Source: Octopus vulgaris (taxonomy: Eukaryota). From it: a DNA stretch of 64,000 nucleotides. Within the stretch, counting starts at the first letter, position 1; every line of letters begins with the position of its first letter. The DNA lies in assembly GCA_951406725.2 (NCBI GenBank), contig OX597818.1, positions 10,106,001 through 10,170,000 of the forward strand. Direction: 5' to 3'. The position numbers and the translations under genes were made by a program. The notes below the pieces were generated by a model. It worked only from the letters and a program-made list of their open reading frames with translations. It ran no database searches and had not been told where the DNA came from. Of the stretch, positions 52,280 to 64,000 are shown piece by piece.

Positions 52280-53553
52280 TGTATGTATGTATGTATGCAT
52301 GTACGTATGACTGTATGTATGAATAATTGTGCGTGTGTGGGTATATACATACAAGCAGATAGATAGATAGATAGATAGATGCACTCGCACAACCACACAC
52401 ATTTATATATGCATATGTCTGTTCGTGTCTGAGTGTGTGGATATGTGTGTGTTTGTGTGTGTCTGTGTATACGTGTACATGTGTGCCTCTGTTAGCATTA
52501 GTGTAGAAGAAAGACATAAGTATGTATATCATACTTTCTATGTTCACTGTCATTCATTAAATCCTACACAAGAATATGATGCAAAAATTTGAAACGTGCT
52601 TTTAGTACATATTACATAAAAGCAAATTCTACCTGTAATAAGACTATTGTTACGTTTGTGCCTTCACTAGTATATGCATACATCCTTAACAAATATAATA
52701 ATATAGAAACAAGATATCTTAATATCGATAAAAGATAGCATCGCATTCAAGAATATTACATCCACACGAGGTGCCTTAGTATCTATAGAGTATTATATTG
52801 ATATAATAATACTACAATATTTTTTGATAATTCATAGAAGATAATATCTATACGGAAAATGCAAGCATATCTGTGTGGTAAAGTTGTTTGCTTCACAATC
52901 ACGAGCTTCCCAGTTTGAATTCATTGGTCGAAATCTTGGTGCAAATGTTTTACTATCATAGCCTCTACAATTAAACCTGGTACATGAAAATGGTGTTAAA
53001 GTCCGTCGCATACGTGTATTATATGTATATGTGTAATGGTATAACATTAAAACGAAATAACTATCTACAAATTCTTGGCTTATTGGAGACGGGTAATGTG
53101 TGTACCGCGTACCGCTGAATAGTTAAAAGGAAACATAACAGATTTTGCTCCAATATGGTTGTTATCCAATGACTGAAGACAGTGTAAAAGATGACACAGA
53201 CTAAATCAGGGAATAAAAACTGAACTATATTAAACTTTATCTCTATTCGATTTGCATAAAAAAAAATTACAAGGACCATCATTGCTTTATAAAGCTTATT
53301 GGCATAATTTACCAAATATAAAAGTTAAATGCGAGAATTAATTCAATTGACAATAAGCTGATGCTGACGATGACTATGGCGAAGCTGGTGATGATGTAGA
53401 TTAGGAGAAAGAGAAAGGAAGGGTCGCAGATGATGTTGATGATAGGAGCGACGTTCCTTAACTTGATACATTCATTCTTTCTCTCACCCACCCATATACT
53501 CCATCCATCACCTTAGCTTTATCTTTCTCTATCTCTCAGCACAGTCAACTCTG

Positions 53554-53612
<59 letters not shown>

Positions 53613-53951
53613 GTAGACTAAAGTAATTGTTTCCATCGAAAACTACCGAGGAGATTTATCTATGCCATCCATCTTTCTCAAGTTCAGCAGAAGTCCTGAT
53701 GAATAACAAAATATTTGGCGAAGTAAAAAACGTCTGTTGAGAAATTCTTCCCATAAAAATTTTAATCACAGAGTTTCCTTTATACGGAAAACAAACTGTT
53801 CAGCCAAGCATGAAATAACTTTGAAACGCAGATGTCTTTCAATAGTCAGAGACATTCACCGAAATATGGCCCCTGACATCATGAACTATGTAATTCATTG
53901 GTACAGGCGGCACAGATTTTTGCACACTCGCGCACGCGCACACACACACAC

Positions 53952-53952
<1 letters not shown>

Positions 53953-54031
<79 letters not shown>

Positions 54032-54032
54032 G

Positions 54033-54091
<59 letters not shown>

Positions 54092-54161
54092 GTAGGTAGG
54101 TAGGTAGGTAGGTAAGTAGGTAGGTAAGTAGGTAGGTAGGTATATAGGTAGATAGATAGAG

Positions 54162-54247
<86 letters not shown>

Positions 54248-54262
54248 GTAGGTAGGTAGATA
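53953..54262. repeat. (GATA)n/(GGTA)n array
   Basis: Direct reading. Confidence 0.95.
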
Positions 54263-54323
54263 CTTATGTGCATACACACACACACACACCTGCAAAAAAC
54301 ACATATATATATATATATTGTAG

Positions 54324-54508
54324 AATAGTGGTTCCCGAAGTAAATCACATACTGCTATAAATAATACTAAATATTGGGTTGAAAAACCTTTTGAATAGAA
54401 AATGTTGAAGGCAGCTTTCTGTTTTCTTCTATTGAAAAGAGTTTTTCAATCCAATATTTGCATGCTATTATTTATAGCCGTATGTAATGTACTTCAAGAA
54501 GCATTATT
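54324..54508. repeat. Fold-back (palindromic MITE-like) element
   Basis: Arms of ~80 bp at 54324-54400 and 54427-54508 are imperfect reverse complements (e.g. GCTATAAATAATA, AAATATTGGGTTGAAAAAC). Confidence 0.75.
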
Positions 54509-54639
54509 TCAAAAATGATTATTTCTCACAAAAGTCTATAAAATTTTATGACATCAACGATAAATATTTGTGTGTATGTGTGCGCTGGCATGTGTGTATA
54601 TCTCTATAAAGAGAGCGAAAGAAAAACATGGAAGCCGAT

Positions 54640-55735
54640 AAACACAAGGAAATTTAAATGGAATATAAGATACAAGACAAACTTACCTCATCGTAAAAGC
54701 GTTAACTCTTTCCATATTGGTAACGGTGACGTCAGCAAGCCTATTCCCACCTATAAGACTGATGATAGTGCTGACTGCCACTGAACGTATAAGACACCAT
54801 AGTTTACCTTCTATAAGATAATTTGTAAGCACAGAGTACCCCAAATTGTCCATAACATGGTAATTGCTTACGCTATAATGTTGTGTATAAATGTATAGGC
54901 ACCACACTACGCACACACGTACTTTGGAAGTACGATTGGTTTTAATCGACTCTACCTTGCACACCTGAGCACCACGAAACAATCTACCGCCATGGACGAG
55001 GGAATACCCTATAACCTGACCTGGTCCATTCTTTGTAGCGGAAGCCCCTACACTGCAGGTCAGCACGTTTGTCAATCACACCACACTGTATTGCGCAACG
55101 ATGAGGCCACTCTACTAAATCGACTACTTATGTGTGACGTCATAAATAGTACAAATCTTACACTACATAATTTTCACTGTATAAACTAGCCTCTTGTCCC
55201 ATAGTTTCCCACTCCAACCCCATCTCTTATTAATGCGCCTGACTCTCTTCCTTTATATCTTGCTATCTCCATTCTGATTTTTACTACTTGCCTTTCCGCT
55301 ATTCTGTACTAACTTCCTATAACTCTAGCACAATAGACTTTAGAGTCTAGCACAATAGACTTTATCTACGCTCTCTTTGATTTTCAAGTGATATCCCCTG
55401 CCTGCTGTTTTCTCTTTAACCATCCCACCTCTCTAACCATTCCTTTTCCTCCCCGAACACTTTACTTGCTCCCCAATTCTATAAACCTTTAAGAACTCTA
55501 TAAACCTTTATAATTGTACAAACTGTTTTGGCATGCGACTTTGCTATTCTTCTTCCAAAGAGGGTAGCCTGATTTAATCTAACAAATCATTCGCATCTAT
55601 TACGTATGAACATAGTTGCGGCATAACCATGGTGCAATCGAAAACGGTGGCAAGTTAAGATTATTACACAACCTTGTATACTTTATTCTGTAATCTGTAT
55701 TTTGTATTCCATGTTAATATCCGAATTGAAACTAC
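54640..55735 (+). mobile_element. Decayed Penelope-like (Naiad-like) 3' remnant
   Basis: DEGIPYNLTWSILCSGSPYTAGQHVCQ..LLNR matches the W.IL....PY.....C..C...LLN.R tail seen at 41850-42000. A C/T-rich 3' UTR follows. Confidence 0.55.
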
Positions 55736-55736
55736 T

Positions 55737-55952
55737 TCTCTTACTCTTTTACTCTTTTACTTGTTTCAGTCATTTGACTGCGGCCATGCTGGAGCACCGC
55801 CTTTAATCGAGCAACTCGACCACGGGACTTATTCTTTGTAAACCCAGTACTTATTCTATCGGCCTCTTTTGCAGAACCGCTAAGTGACGGGGACATAAAC
55901 ACACCAGCATCGGTTGTCAAGCAATGCTAGGGGGACAAATACAGACACACAA

Positions 55953-56017
<65 letters not shown>

Positions 56018-56178
56018 TACGACAGGCTTCTTTCAGTTTCCGTCTACCAAATCCACTCACAAGTCTTTGGTCGGCACGAGGCTATAGTAGAAGACACTTG
56101 CCCAAGGTGCCACGTAGTGGGACTGAACCCGGAACCATGTGGTTCGTAAGCAAGCTACTTACCACACAGCCACTCCTG
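55737..56178 (-). mobile_element. SINE family B (CORE-like), near full length
   Basis: Minus strand GGCAGGAGTGGCTGTGTGGTAAGTAGCTTGC..CCGGGTTCAGTCCC..CCTTGGGCAAGTGTCTT..., tail (AGAGTAAA)n. Confidence 0.9.
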
Positions 56179-56376
56179 CCCACTTCTGTTTATCGGCCTA
56201 CAAAAAAGCTCAACAGGGATCGTACTTGAAGTTAATTTTGAACGCAGGCGTCATTAGCCCTCGATGAATGAGTTTAAATGCTCAGTGATATCTATACCAC
56301 GCATACTACGTTACAGAGTTCGTCTAGGCAAACACACACAACACACACACACACACACACACTCACACATACACAC

Positions 56377-56425
<49 letters not shown>

Positions 56426-57009
56426 AGTGGGAAGGTATACTATGTTGCAGCACTTCTAGGCAAGCACCAGGGTCCTTGGCAACCTAAGCCATTCCTACGT
56501 TGTACACATACTTCTCCTATCCCTGCAATCCGTATACCATCTCCTCCAATATTTTTCGTTAAATTCCTCCAACCATCTTTACAGAAAAAGTGCAACCGAA
56601 AAATTATAATTAGGTGACGAACAAAAAATGCGTAGTATTTAATAGCCATATATCTCACTAAGTAAATTTCACATCAAGTAAAATTCAAAATGCATTAAAA
56701 TAAATCCTGTACGATGGTGGTGGGGTATGTCATAACCTCACACGACTGTCTCCTTTCCTTTCCTTCCATTCTACCCTTATCTTGCATCTTCAATTTGTGG
56801 CAGTGAAGAAGTTTACTTTTTAACTGTTTTCCTTCTTGCTTTGTTTTTTTCTCTTTTTCGTTTTTATATGGATTTCGAAAGTTTCTCAAAATCTGTATGG
56901 TGCCCCCATTTCAAACACCTTTTACTGTCAATGATTTTAGCTCATGTATAATGACGACCTTTTTACAGTCATGTAATGGACGCTGCTTACATAATCGAAT
57001 ACAATAACC

Positions 57010-57235
57010 GGGAAATGGCAGAATCGTTAAATCGTCGGACAAGCTGTTTGCGGTATTTGTTTCACCTGATAGCAATCTCAGTTAAAATTCCACCAAGGTC
57101 TACATGGGCTTTCATTCTTTAGGGATCGATAAAATATAAGTACAAATCTAAGGCAGTGAAGTGGCGAAAATTGAAAACATCAGCCTGGATACCGAGCAGA
57201 ATGTGTTCTGAGTTTAAATTCCGCCATGGACTGAA
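57010..57235 (+). mobile_element. Degenerate SINE family A fragments
   Basis: TGGCAGAATCGTTA..AAATTCCACCAAGGTCTAC..CTTTCATTCTTTAGGGATCGATAAAATA. Confidence 0.65.
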
Positions 57236-58015
57236 TTGGCTAGTACACCTAACCCGTCATCCAGTTTAGCATTATTACCTGACACTTTGAGCGACTTTAG
57301 GAAAATCTATTCTGTTGCAAGCATTGAGGCCAAGTTACCTTTTTAAGGATTCTTCTGTTTCTCCTACCATTCCTCCTACCTATTACGAGTCAAGGGCGCT
57401 GGTTTCTCTCTTGAATAGTGTGTGTGTATGTATATGTGTGTGTGTATGTGTATGTGTATGTGTGTGTGAGTGTAAGCAAATGTCTATGCATTCTCTTTGT
57501 TGTCGTCACTAAATTTGATGTTCGATTGCTATCACCCTTGTTTAGGGCTGCACGACAGAGCCCGATTAACATTTCTTTCAATCCGACTTACACAAGTCGA
57601 TGTGTACAACTAAAATAAATCCAGTTGAATGAGATATTAGATTCAGATATGTCACAGGAAATCTACATGTTTAGATACCAGACGACAAAATGGTAAACCT
57701 CGATGAACAAACATATCGAACACATTTTACAATGGATTTCTAACAAACTTTTCTGTTTACACTGTACAATAAAACACTGCAGCTCATATCTGGCAAGCTA
57801 TTTTATACGTCAACCACTTTTGTTTTCGGTATAAGACACACTTTTACCATCCCACGTTATTTCCCTTGACTACTCGCTTATTTAATGTAGTTAAAAGTGC
57901 ATCTTGAAGTGTACTTTTCTTTGCACTTTCATAAACATACACACATATACATACATACATACACACACGCATACATGTGTGTGTAAATTTATACGAATAT
58001 ATATATATATATTAA

Positions 58016-58210
58016 CTAGCTGCTAAGCCCGGTTTCACACGGTCGGTTTGGACGATGTGGCTGTAAAACCTGCTCTGTGTAAGCATTCGACTTGTTTGGG
58101 CACGAATGAATCCCAATCTATATTCGTCGTTCGTAAAAAGAGTGACGGAGTAACCTTATGTATTCTCTCATAATGACATTGCACAGAGGGATGCAATGAC
58201 CAACAACAAA
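58016..58210 (-). mobile_element. Non-autonomous Helitron 3' end
   Basis: The minus strand ends in an imperfect GC hairpin (CCGTGTGAAACCGGG), then CAGCTAG|T, next to (TA)n. Confidence 0.55.
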
Positions 58211-58236
58211 CACACACATTTATATCCACACACATG

Positions 58237-58326
<90 letters not shown>

Positions 58327-58336
58327 TGTATGTATG

Positions 58337-58412
<76 letters not shown>

Positions 58413-58654
58413 GAGATACACGCATACAAAGAATTATGGCTCTTAAGATAAAATGGCTTGAACGCCAAAGAAGTTTTTCATAAAATTTTTTAGAAAATGC
58501 TCTTCTTTCCCGTTTTCCTACTCTTCCTCTAATCCTACAGACTAAATAGCTTTCTAAATTTATATATTATGGTTCGAGCATGATGTAGGTGCTATTCTTA
58601 AAACTTATTTAGTTATTTCCTCGTATGATGTTTGCTAAGTTCTCTAGCATTTCA

Positions 58655-59350
58655 GCTATAGCGTCATAACGTATTAGTCTAACGCAGTTCATGATGTCAC
58701 AACATATTGTTCAGACTATTGTTACGCGAAATTATTATACGTCTCAATGTTTTCATGCCAAACTATTTTATGACACGTACAAAGGTGCATCTCTGCTCAT
58801 ATCAAAAACGTAAGCAATCTTATACACCCTGCCGATTAACTAGAACGCCTTAAACATAGTCCAGATTAAGCAAGACGTCTCATCAATTTTTCTTCATATT
58901 AACCTCTATGTCACAATATATTATCTTTTCTATCCCATACATTAAGCATGACGTCATAATGTACTGTCCATCAAGTTAATCTTGATGTCACAATGTATTA
59001 ATATCCAGCAGTGTATTGTTCCATATGTTAACCATGACGTCACAATGTATTATTCACCGGCAACTTCACTATAGTATCAAAGTGCATCGTTTTGTACATT
59101 GACCATCATGTCAGTATTTTGATCGCTATATCAACCATTACGTCGCAATATTTTGTTCCGTACATTAGCCAAGACGTCGCAATATATTCTTCTGTATATC
59201 AACCATATAATGTCAGATTGTATTGCTTAATATATTCATCATGACATCGCAATAAATTAACCATTCCGTTGGCTATGATGTTTTGTTCAGTATATGAACT
59301 ATGACGTCATAATCTGTTGTTTTAATATATTCATTATGACACCACAATGA
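58655..59350. repeat. Degenerate ~34-bp minisatellite containing TGACGTCA
   Basis: Consensus approximately TATATTAACCATGACGTCACAATGTATTGTTCCG. Perfect TGACGTCA at 58949, 59035 and 59302, with TGATGTCA/GACGTCG/GACATCG variants in other units. Confidence 0.8.
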
Positions 59351-59519
59351 AATGTCAAGCGCATAAATTATACTGGAATGTAAAAATTATTCCCAAACTA
59401 AAACAATATGAATGAATTTCCGGTGCAAAAAAGAATTATATGTTTGCGGAAGGCATAGTCAGTTGAACCAACCCTAGGATATGACCGAGAGTAATTTTCG
59501 CCATCACAAAATAATTCTT

Positions 59520-59735
59520 CCTAATTTTGAAACAAAATCAGCAATTTTAGAGGAGTGGGTAAGTTGTTTGCATCCATCAGTACTACTTGACTAGGACTTA
59601 TCTTATCGATGTTGAAATGTGGAAGGACAAAGAGCACCTCGGTAGAAAGGGAACTCAGAACGAAATGAATCGGGAAAAAAATTCTTAATGCACTTTTTTC
59701 CGACTCTCAAATAATTCTGCCTGCCCGCACCTTTC
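59520..59735 (-). mobile_element. Degenerate SINE family A copy
   Basis: CAGCAATTTTAG..TTATCGA..GGACAAAG..ACCTCGGT..GAACTCAGAACG. Confidence 0.55.
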
Positions 59736-61029
59736 ATCGTCTTCTCAATCCCAAAATAATGAAAGGTAAAAGTCGGCCACTTTAATATATAAAATTATAA
59801 CCTAAAACGTAATCAAGTATTGAGAGGCACCAACCCTTCATACAGTCAGCGTTGCAATAGTTTTCTCGCTCTATGAAATGTTTTACAATCACTATTAAAA
59901 CATTTATCTCTCGGATGATCATCAAGTGTAAGACCTTTATAATGAGATTTATTCTTATCCTAGCTATAGAAAACGACTAAATATCACACACACACACACA
60001 CACATCTTGGAAATATATAAGTTACAACCAAGCATTGAACCTTTAATGTGATTTTTACTTCCCTGGAAACCCACCAGTGGTTCCTATTACATGGGTTTTT
60101 CATTACATTCATTTAAATGAAGGATTTCTCCAAAATCTGTCTTTCTTCTAGTAATGTCTGTAGACATTTAAGCTGGAAAGATTTTGGACAAGCCACTGTA
60201 ATATCAATGCAAGAACTAAACCGATACTGTTGCAGTTGTCACTAATAGAGTTTCTCATTTCCATCGGCTATTATTTCCACCAATATATTCCTGTCAATAA
60301 AACAAACATTTACCTTTCATCAGACAGTAATTAAATTATAAGTAACAATAATTTGATTATCTTTAGAATGGATTCGTCTCTTGCTGAAGTGAATCACCGC
60401 CGACGACACAGGCAGCACCAACACCACCATTGACACGTACAGTTACCAACGTCATTGACACTATCACCACTCCCATCAGAACAACCACCACCACTACAAT
60501 CCACACAATCAGCATCGAAGTCAGCTCAATCATCAGTATAATTTCCTTCCCAAGCAGAAACTGATTAAATGGAATCAATTTGAGATTGACTTGCGATTTA
60601 ATGAGAAAATTCCATGGCAATACTTCTGGTAATATTATATGTATTAATATGACAAAGATATTGACCTACTTCATCTTTATATCGTTTAATCCAATATCAC
60701 TTTCACAAAACAAAAAACAACCCTTTCCACAAGAACTAAAGGCTAGATATATTCTCTCAGTACTTATGCTAGTTCAAATGCGTGCAACACACTAGGGAAC
60801 ACAATAGCAAGCATAGCGACATTCACAAGTAGAGCCATTGAGAAAGCCACTATAATATCGTCTGATCTGTTAGGAATAGCAACCAAATCTCCTTCAGATA
60901 ACTACCGTCTTGGAAAAGAAAAAGACAATGTAGTCCTTGATGAGATTATGTCTAGACAAATTGTGATCATAGGACAACTCAGGTATCATTTGAGGTAAAC
61001 AACCACAATAATACTATTTATTTATTATT

Positions 61030-61240
61030 ACCTTCTCGAGTCAAGTCGACTCATAAGGGCGGTATCTCGGTTTCCTTGGCATATAAATTCTCCACCTGGA
61101 CGGGACACCTGTCCGTCGCAGGATTAATCATTTCCGCCAGCCGAGCAGACTGAAGTAAGGTGGAATTAAGTGTTTTACTCAAGAACACAACGCGTCACTC
61201 AGTCCAGGAATCGAAACCACTAAGTTACGCGCCTCCACGC
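61030..61240 (-). mobile_element. tRNA-derived SINE (head related to family C), degenerate
   Basis: Minus strand GGTTTCGATTCCTGGAC..GTGTTCTTGAGTAAAACACTT. Confidence 0.6.
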
Positions 61241-63256
61241 AAAATAATAATGTACAAGCCAGTGAGGGAACTTCTAATTATAATCCTAGGTACATAGTTG
61301 CTGAGATCAGGACAGGATGTTGTGAGTGGAACAATTTAATCATAAGTATGATTAATGAAAACTGACCAGGAGCTAAGCAATAGCAGTAGCAAGCTAGTTT
61401 CAAATATTATTCTGTTTGTTAAGATATGTATTTTAACAATGAAAGAAAAGCAAAGACATAATAGAAACAATTAATACAACGAAGTCATACAATTTCGAGC
61501 ACGACAATTTCGACAGTCTTAATTATGAAATACACTTGAAAGCATAAACGAAATTTCTAACATAATGAAACAATTTCCAGTGTTATGATTTGAAGAACTA
61601 TGAACAGCAACTCTTTTGTTCGATAAAATATTCTGTAGATCTATAAATTCATGCATTAAAATTGTAAATAAAAACACTTCTCCGGCTCTAGCTGGTATTC
61701 ATAAGAAGGATAATTTCTTTCGGATGAAACCATTTTTTAAAATATTCATATCTACACTGTTTCATTTAGTTAGTTTTCCATTTGTCATTTGGTGTCTTTT
61801 TTCCTGAATAAGAAGTTAAGTGTTATTTCAAATAGTGAAAGATTTAATCTTATACACAAATATTTTAACTTTAGTATGAGACATAATAATTAGACCACTT
61901 ATGAATTTTCTAAATTATTCCTTGTTTATCTCAGGTGAGGTACACATATCATGCACATTTATGTTATAGTGTAGTGTATGGTAAATATATTTTGTCACCA
62001 GTATTTTATTAGTACAACCAAGAAGCTGAATTCTCAGTAGCCTAGTGCACCTAGCTGGAAATAGAAGGTACACAGTTATAGGGATCATTGCAAGAAGAAT
62101 CTCCAATTTCTCAGTTACTGTCGTTATTGCCATGTTTTCCTTTTAGTGTTCAATCCTAAACCAGTCTTATTGCCTAGACTTATGGTCAAAATCTTTCATG
62201 CCATTATCATTCCCTCATTTTAAAACTATTTAGCACTATATTATTTAAGGCGTTCAACTTCTATAATATAGTAGACTTTAGTTTGTAGAGAATATGACTG
62301 CTTTTTCTTGCACGACAAGAATACAAGTTCTTTATTTTTTGCTCTGCAATGTTCTCTTATACTGTTTTAAAATGAAAAACCAATGCCCAAGAATGAAAGC
62401 AATGTCTAATTTAAAATTCGGATTCAATGCCTTTATTTAAAATCATAGTTTGCGTTCTGGGAAACTTTGAGGTGTTTCATGAGCAGAAAGACATGTAAAT
62501 CCTTCAATATTTGACATCCTGTCACTAACAACAGAAAAAAAGAATGGAGTATGAAACACGTAAGTATAAACATATGGGTGTTGACAACCACTTAAGAATT
62601 TAGATTGTAAGAAATATAAATATCTTTATGTAATATTTATAGGCTTCAGCAAGCTCTAATCGTAAACTGAAAAAATCTAAATGAAACGTCAACATTAAAC
62701 ATGAAATGTAACATCATCGCGAGAAGATGGGTGGGACGTGACAAATTTCTGCCAATAAATTCTTCAGAGCTTACGAAGTATATTCACTATATGCATGAAT
62801 TGTTACAAGTTTTCCATACACATGTACTATTCACCCGTTACACATATGCATTAAAGAGCTCATAAACATGAAAGCTTCATCTAGACAGCTGCCAGAATAC
62901 ACGAGTTAAAGTGTCTATCAAGGTCTTTGATATATGAACTTTGCTAACTTTAGTATTAAACATGTTTTACTTATCAAGCGTTTACAACCACTAACCATCA
63001 ACCATAAAGAACTTGATGATTGGCAGAAGTTTATCGTCTGATTCGAAACTGGGAGGGAATTAGCAGACATATATGTCAGCAATAATAGTCTGAAGAGCCA
63101 CTCAATATAATTCTGCTTCCTAGCAAAAACCAACAAAATGATTTCTCAATAACAAAATTGATACAATATTCTCAGCATATTTATATTTGCTTTTGTGAAT
63201 AATAGATATACTATTTGTCTTGTATTTATGCGCTCACACACATAGAGACATTTATA

Positions 63257-63317
<61 letters not shown>

Positions 63318-63584
63318 CTATGTATGCATATGGGGGTGTGATTGATGTAAAAATCGCATATAAAAGTCTCAGACATTAACTGGAGAAGAAATACATTTAA
63401 ATAGAGTATTAAATATTTTTATTTTTATAAGGAAAGGGTTGACAGTAACTGAGAAGTTTCGCTGTCTTGCGGAGCGAAATTACCAGAGAAACACCAAAGT
63501 CACTGTCAGATATATATTTTATTTCTAAATATAATACGTGTGTGAGTGTGTATACTTACATATATATATATGTATGTATGTATG

Positions 63585-63617
<33 letters not shown>

Positions 63618-63632
63618 GTGTATATATATATG

Positions 63633-63681
<49 letters not shown>

Positions 63682-63685
<4 letters not shown>

Positions 63686-64000
63686 TTGTGTGGTACGAAG
63701 CTTGCTTCCCGACCACATGATTCCGGGCTCAGTTCCACTGTATGGCACCTTCGGCAAATGTCTTCTACTATTACCTCGGGCCATTCAAAGCCTTGTGGGA
63801 GGGTGAATTTGATACACGGAAATTGAAATAAGCTCATCGTATATGTATATGTGTGTGTGTATGTGTGTGTGTGTCTGTGTCTGTGTGTGTGTGTGTCTGT
63901 GTCTGTGTGTGTCTGTGTGTGTGCTTGTATGTGAGTGTGTCTTTATGTCTGTATTTGGCCTCCCACCATCGCTTGAAAACTGATGCTGGTGTGTTTACTT
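63682..64000 (+). mobile_element. SINE family B copy, runs off window end
   Basis: GTGTGGTACGAAGCTTGCTTCCCGACCACATG..GGCAAATGTCTTCTACTAT..AAAGCCTTGTG..ATCGCTTGAAAACTGATGCTGGTGTG. Confidence 0.85.

Noticed and set aside
58655-59350. Possible CRISPR-like array
   Set aside because: The units are contiguous degenerate tandem copies without unique spacers, there are no cas genes, and the context is eukaryotic.

Overview
This is AT-rich, repeat-saturated eukaryotic DNA. The SINE families, microsatellite load and transposable-element (TE) mix strongly suggest an octopod cephalopod intron or intergenic region; this is an inference, and no database search was run. I found no host protein-coding gene, rRNA, tRNA gene or CRISPR array. 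Nearly all long ORFs in the track are microsatellite artefacts or TE remnants. Retroelements: a GC-rich Tx1/L1-clade LINE with an uninterrupted RT-zinc-finger frame running off the left edge; several R4/Dong-clade (restriction-like endonuclease, RLE) LINEs in (TAA)n arrays; RTE-clade LINEs; Penelope-like elements (PLEs), one Naiad-like with an inverted pseudo-LTR (pLTR); BEL/Pao and Gypsy remnants; and at least three tRNA-derived SINE families. DNA elements: a 3.2-kb internally deleted Helitron with both termini, mariner/Tc1 remnants and a hAT MITE. The most notable signals are: (i) several hammerhead-ribozyme motifs in different elements, including a ~300-nt rod-folding retrozyme-like unit and two hammerhead families with unusually long helix II; (ii) a ~120-bp inverted repeat pairing the 5' leader of an R4/Dong element with the start of its ORF; (iii) a nested TE cluster built on (TAA)n; (iv) a cryptic ~34-bp minisatellite carrying TGACGTCA (CRE) palindromes.
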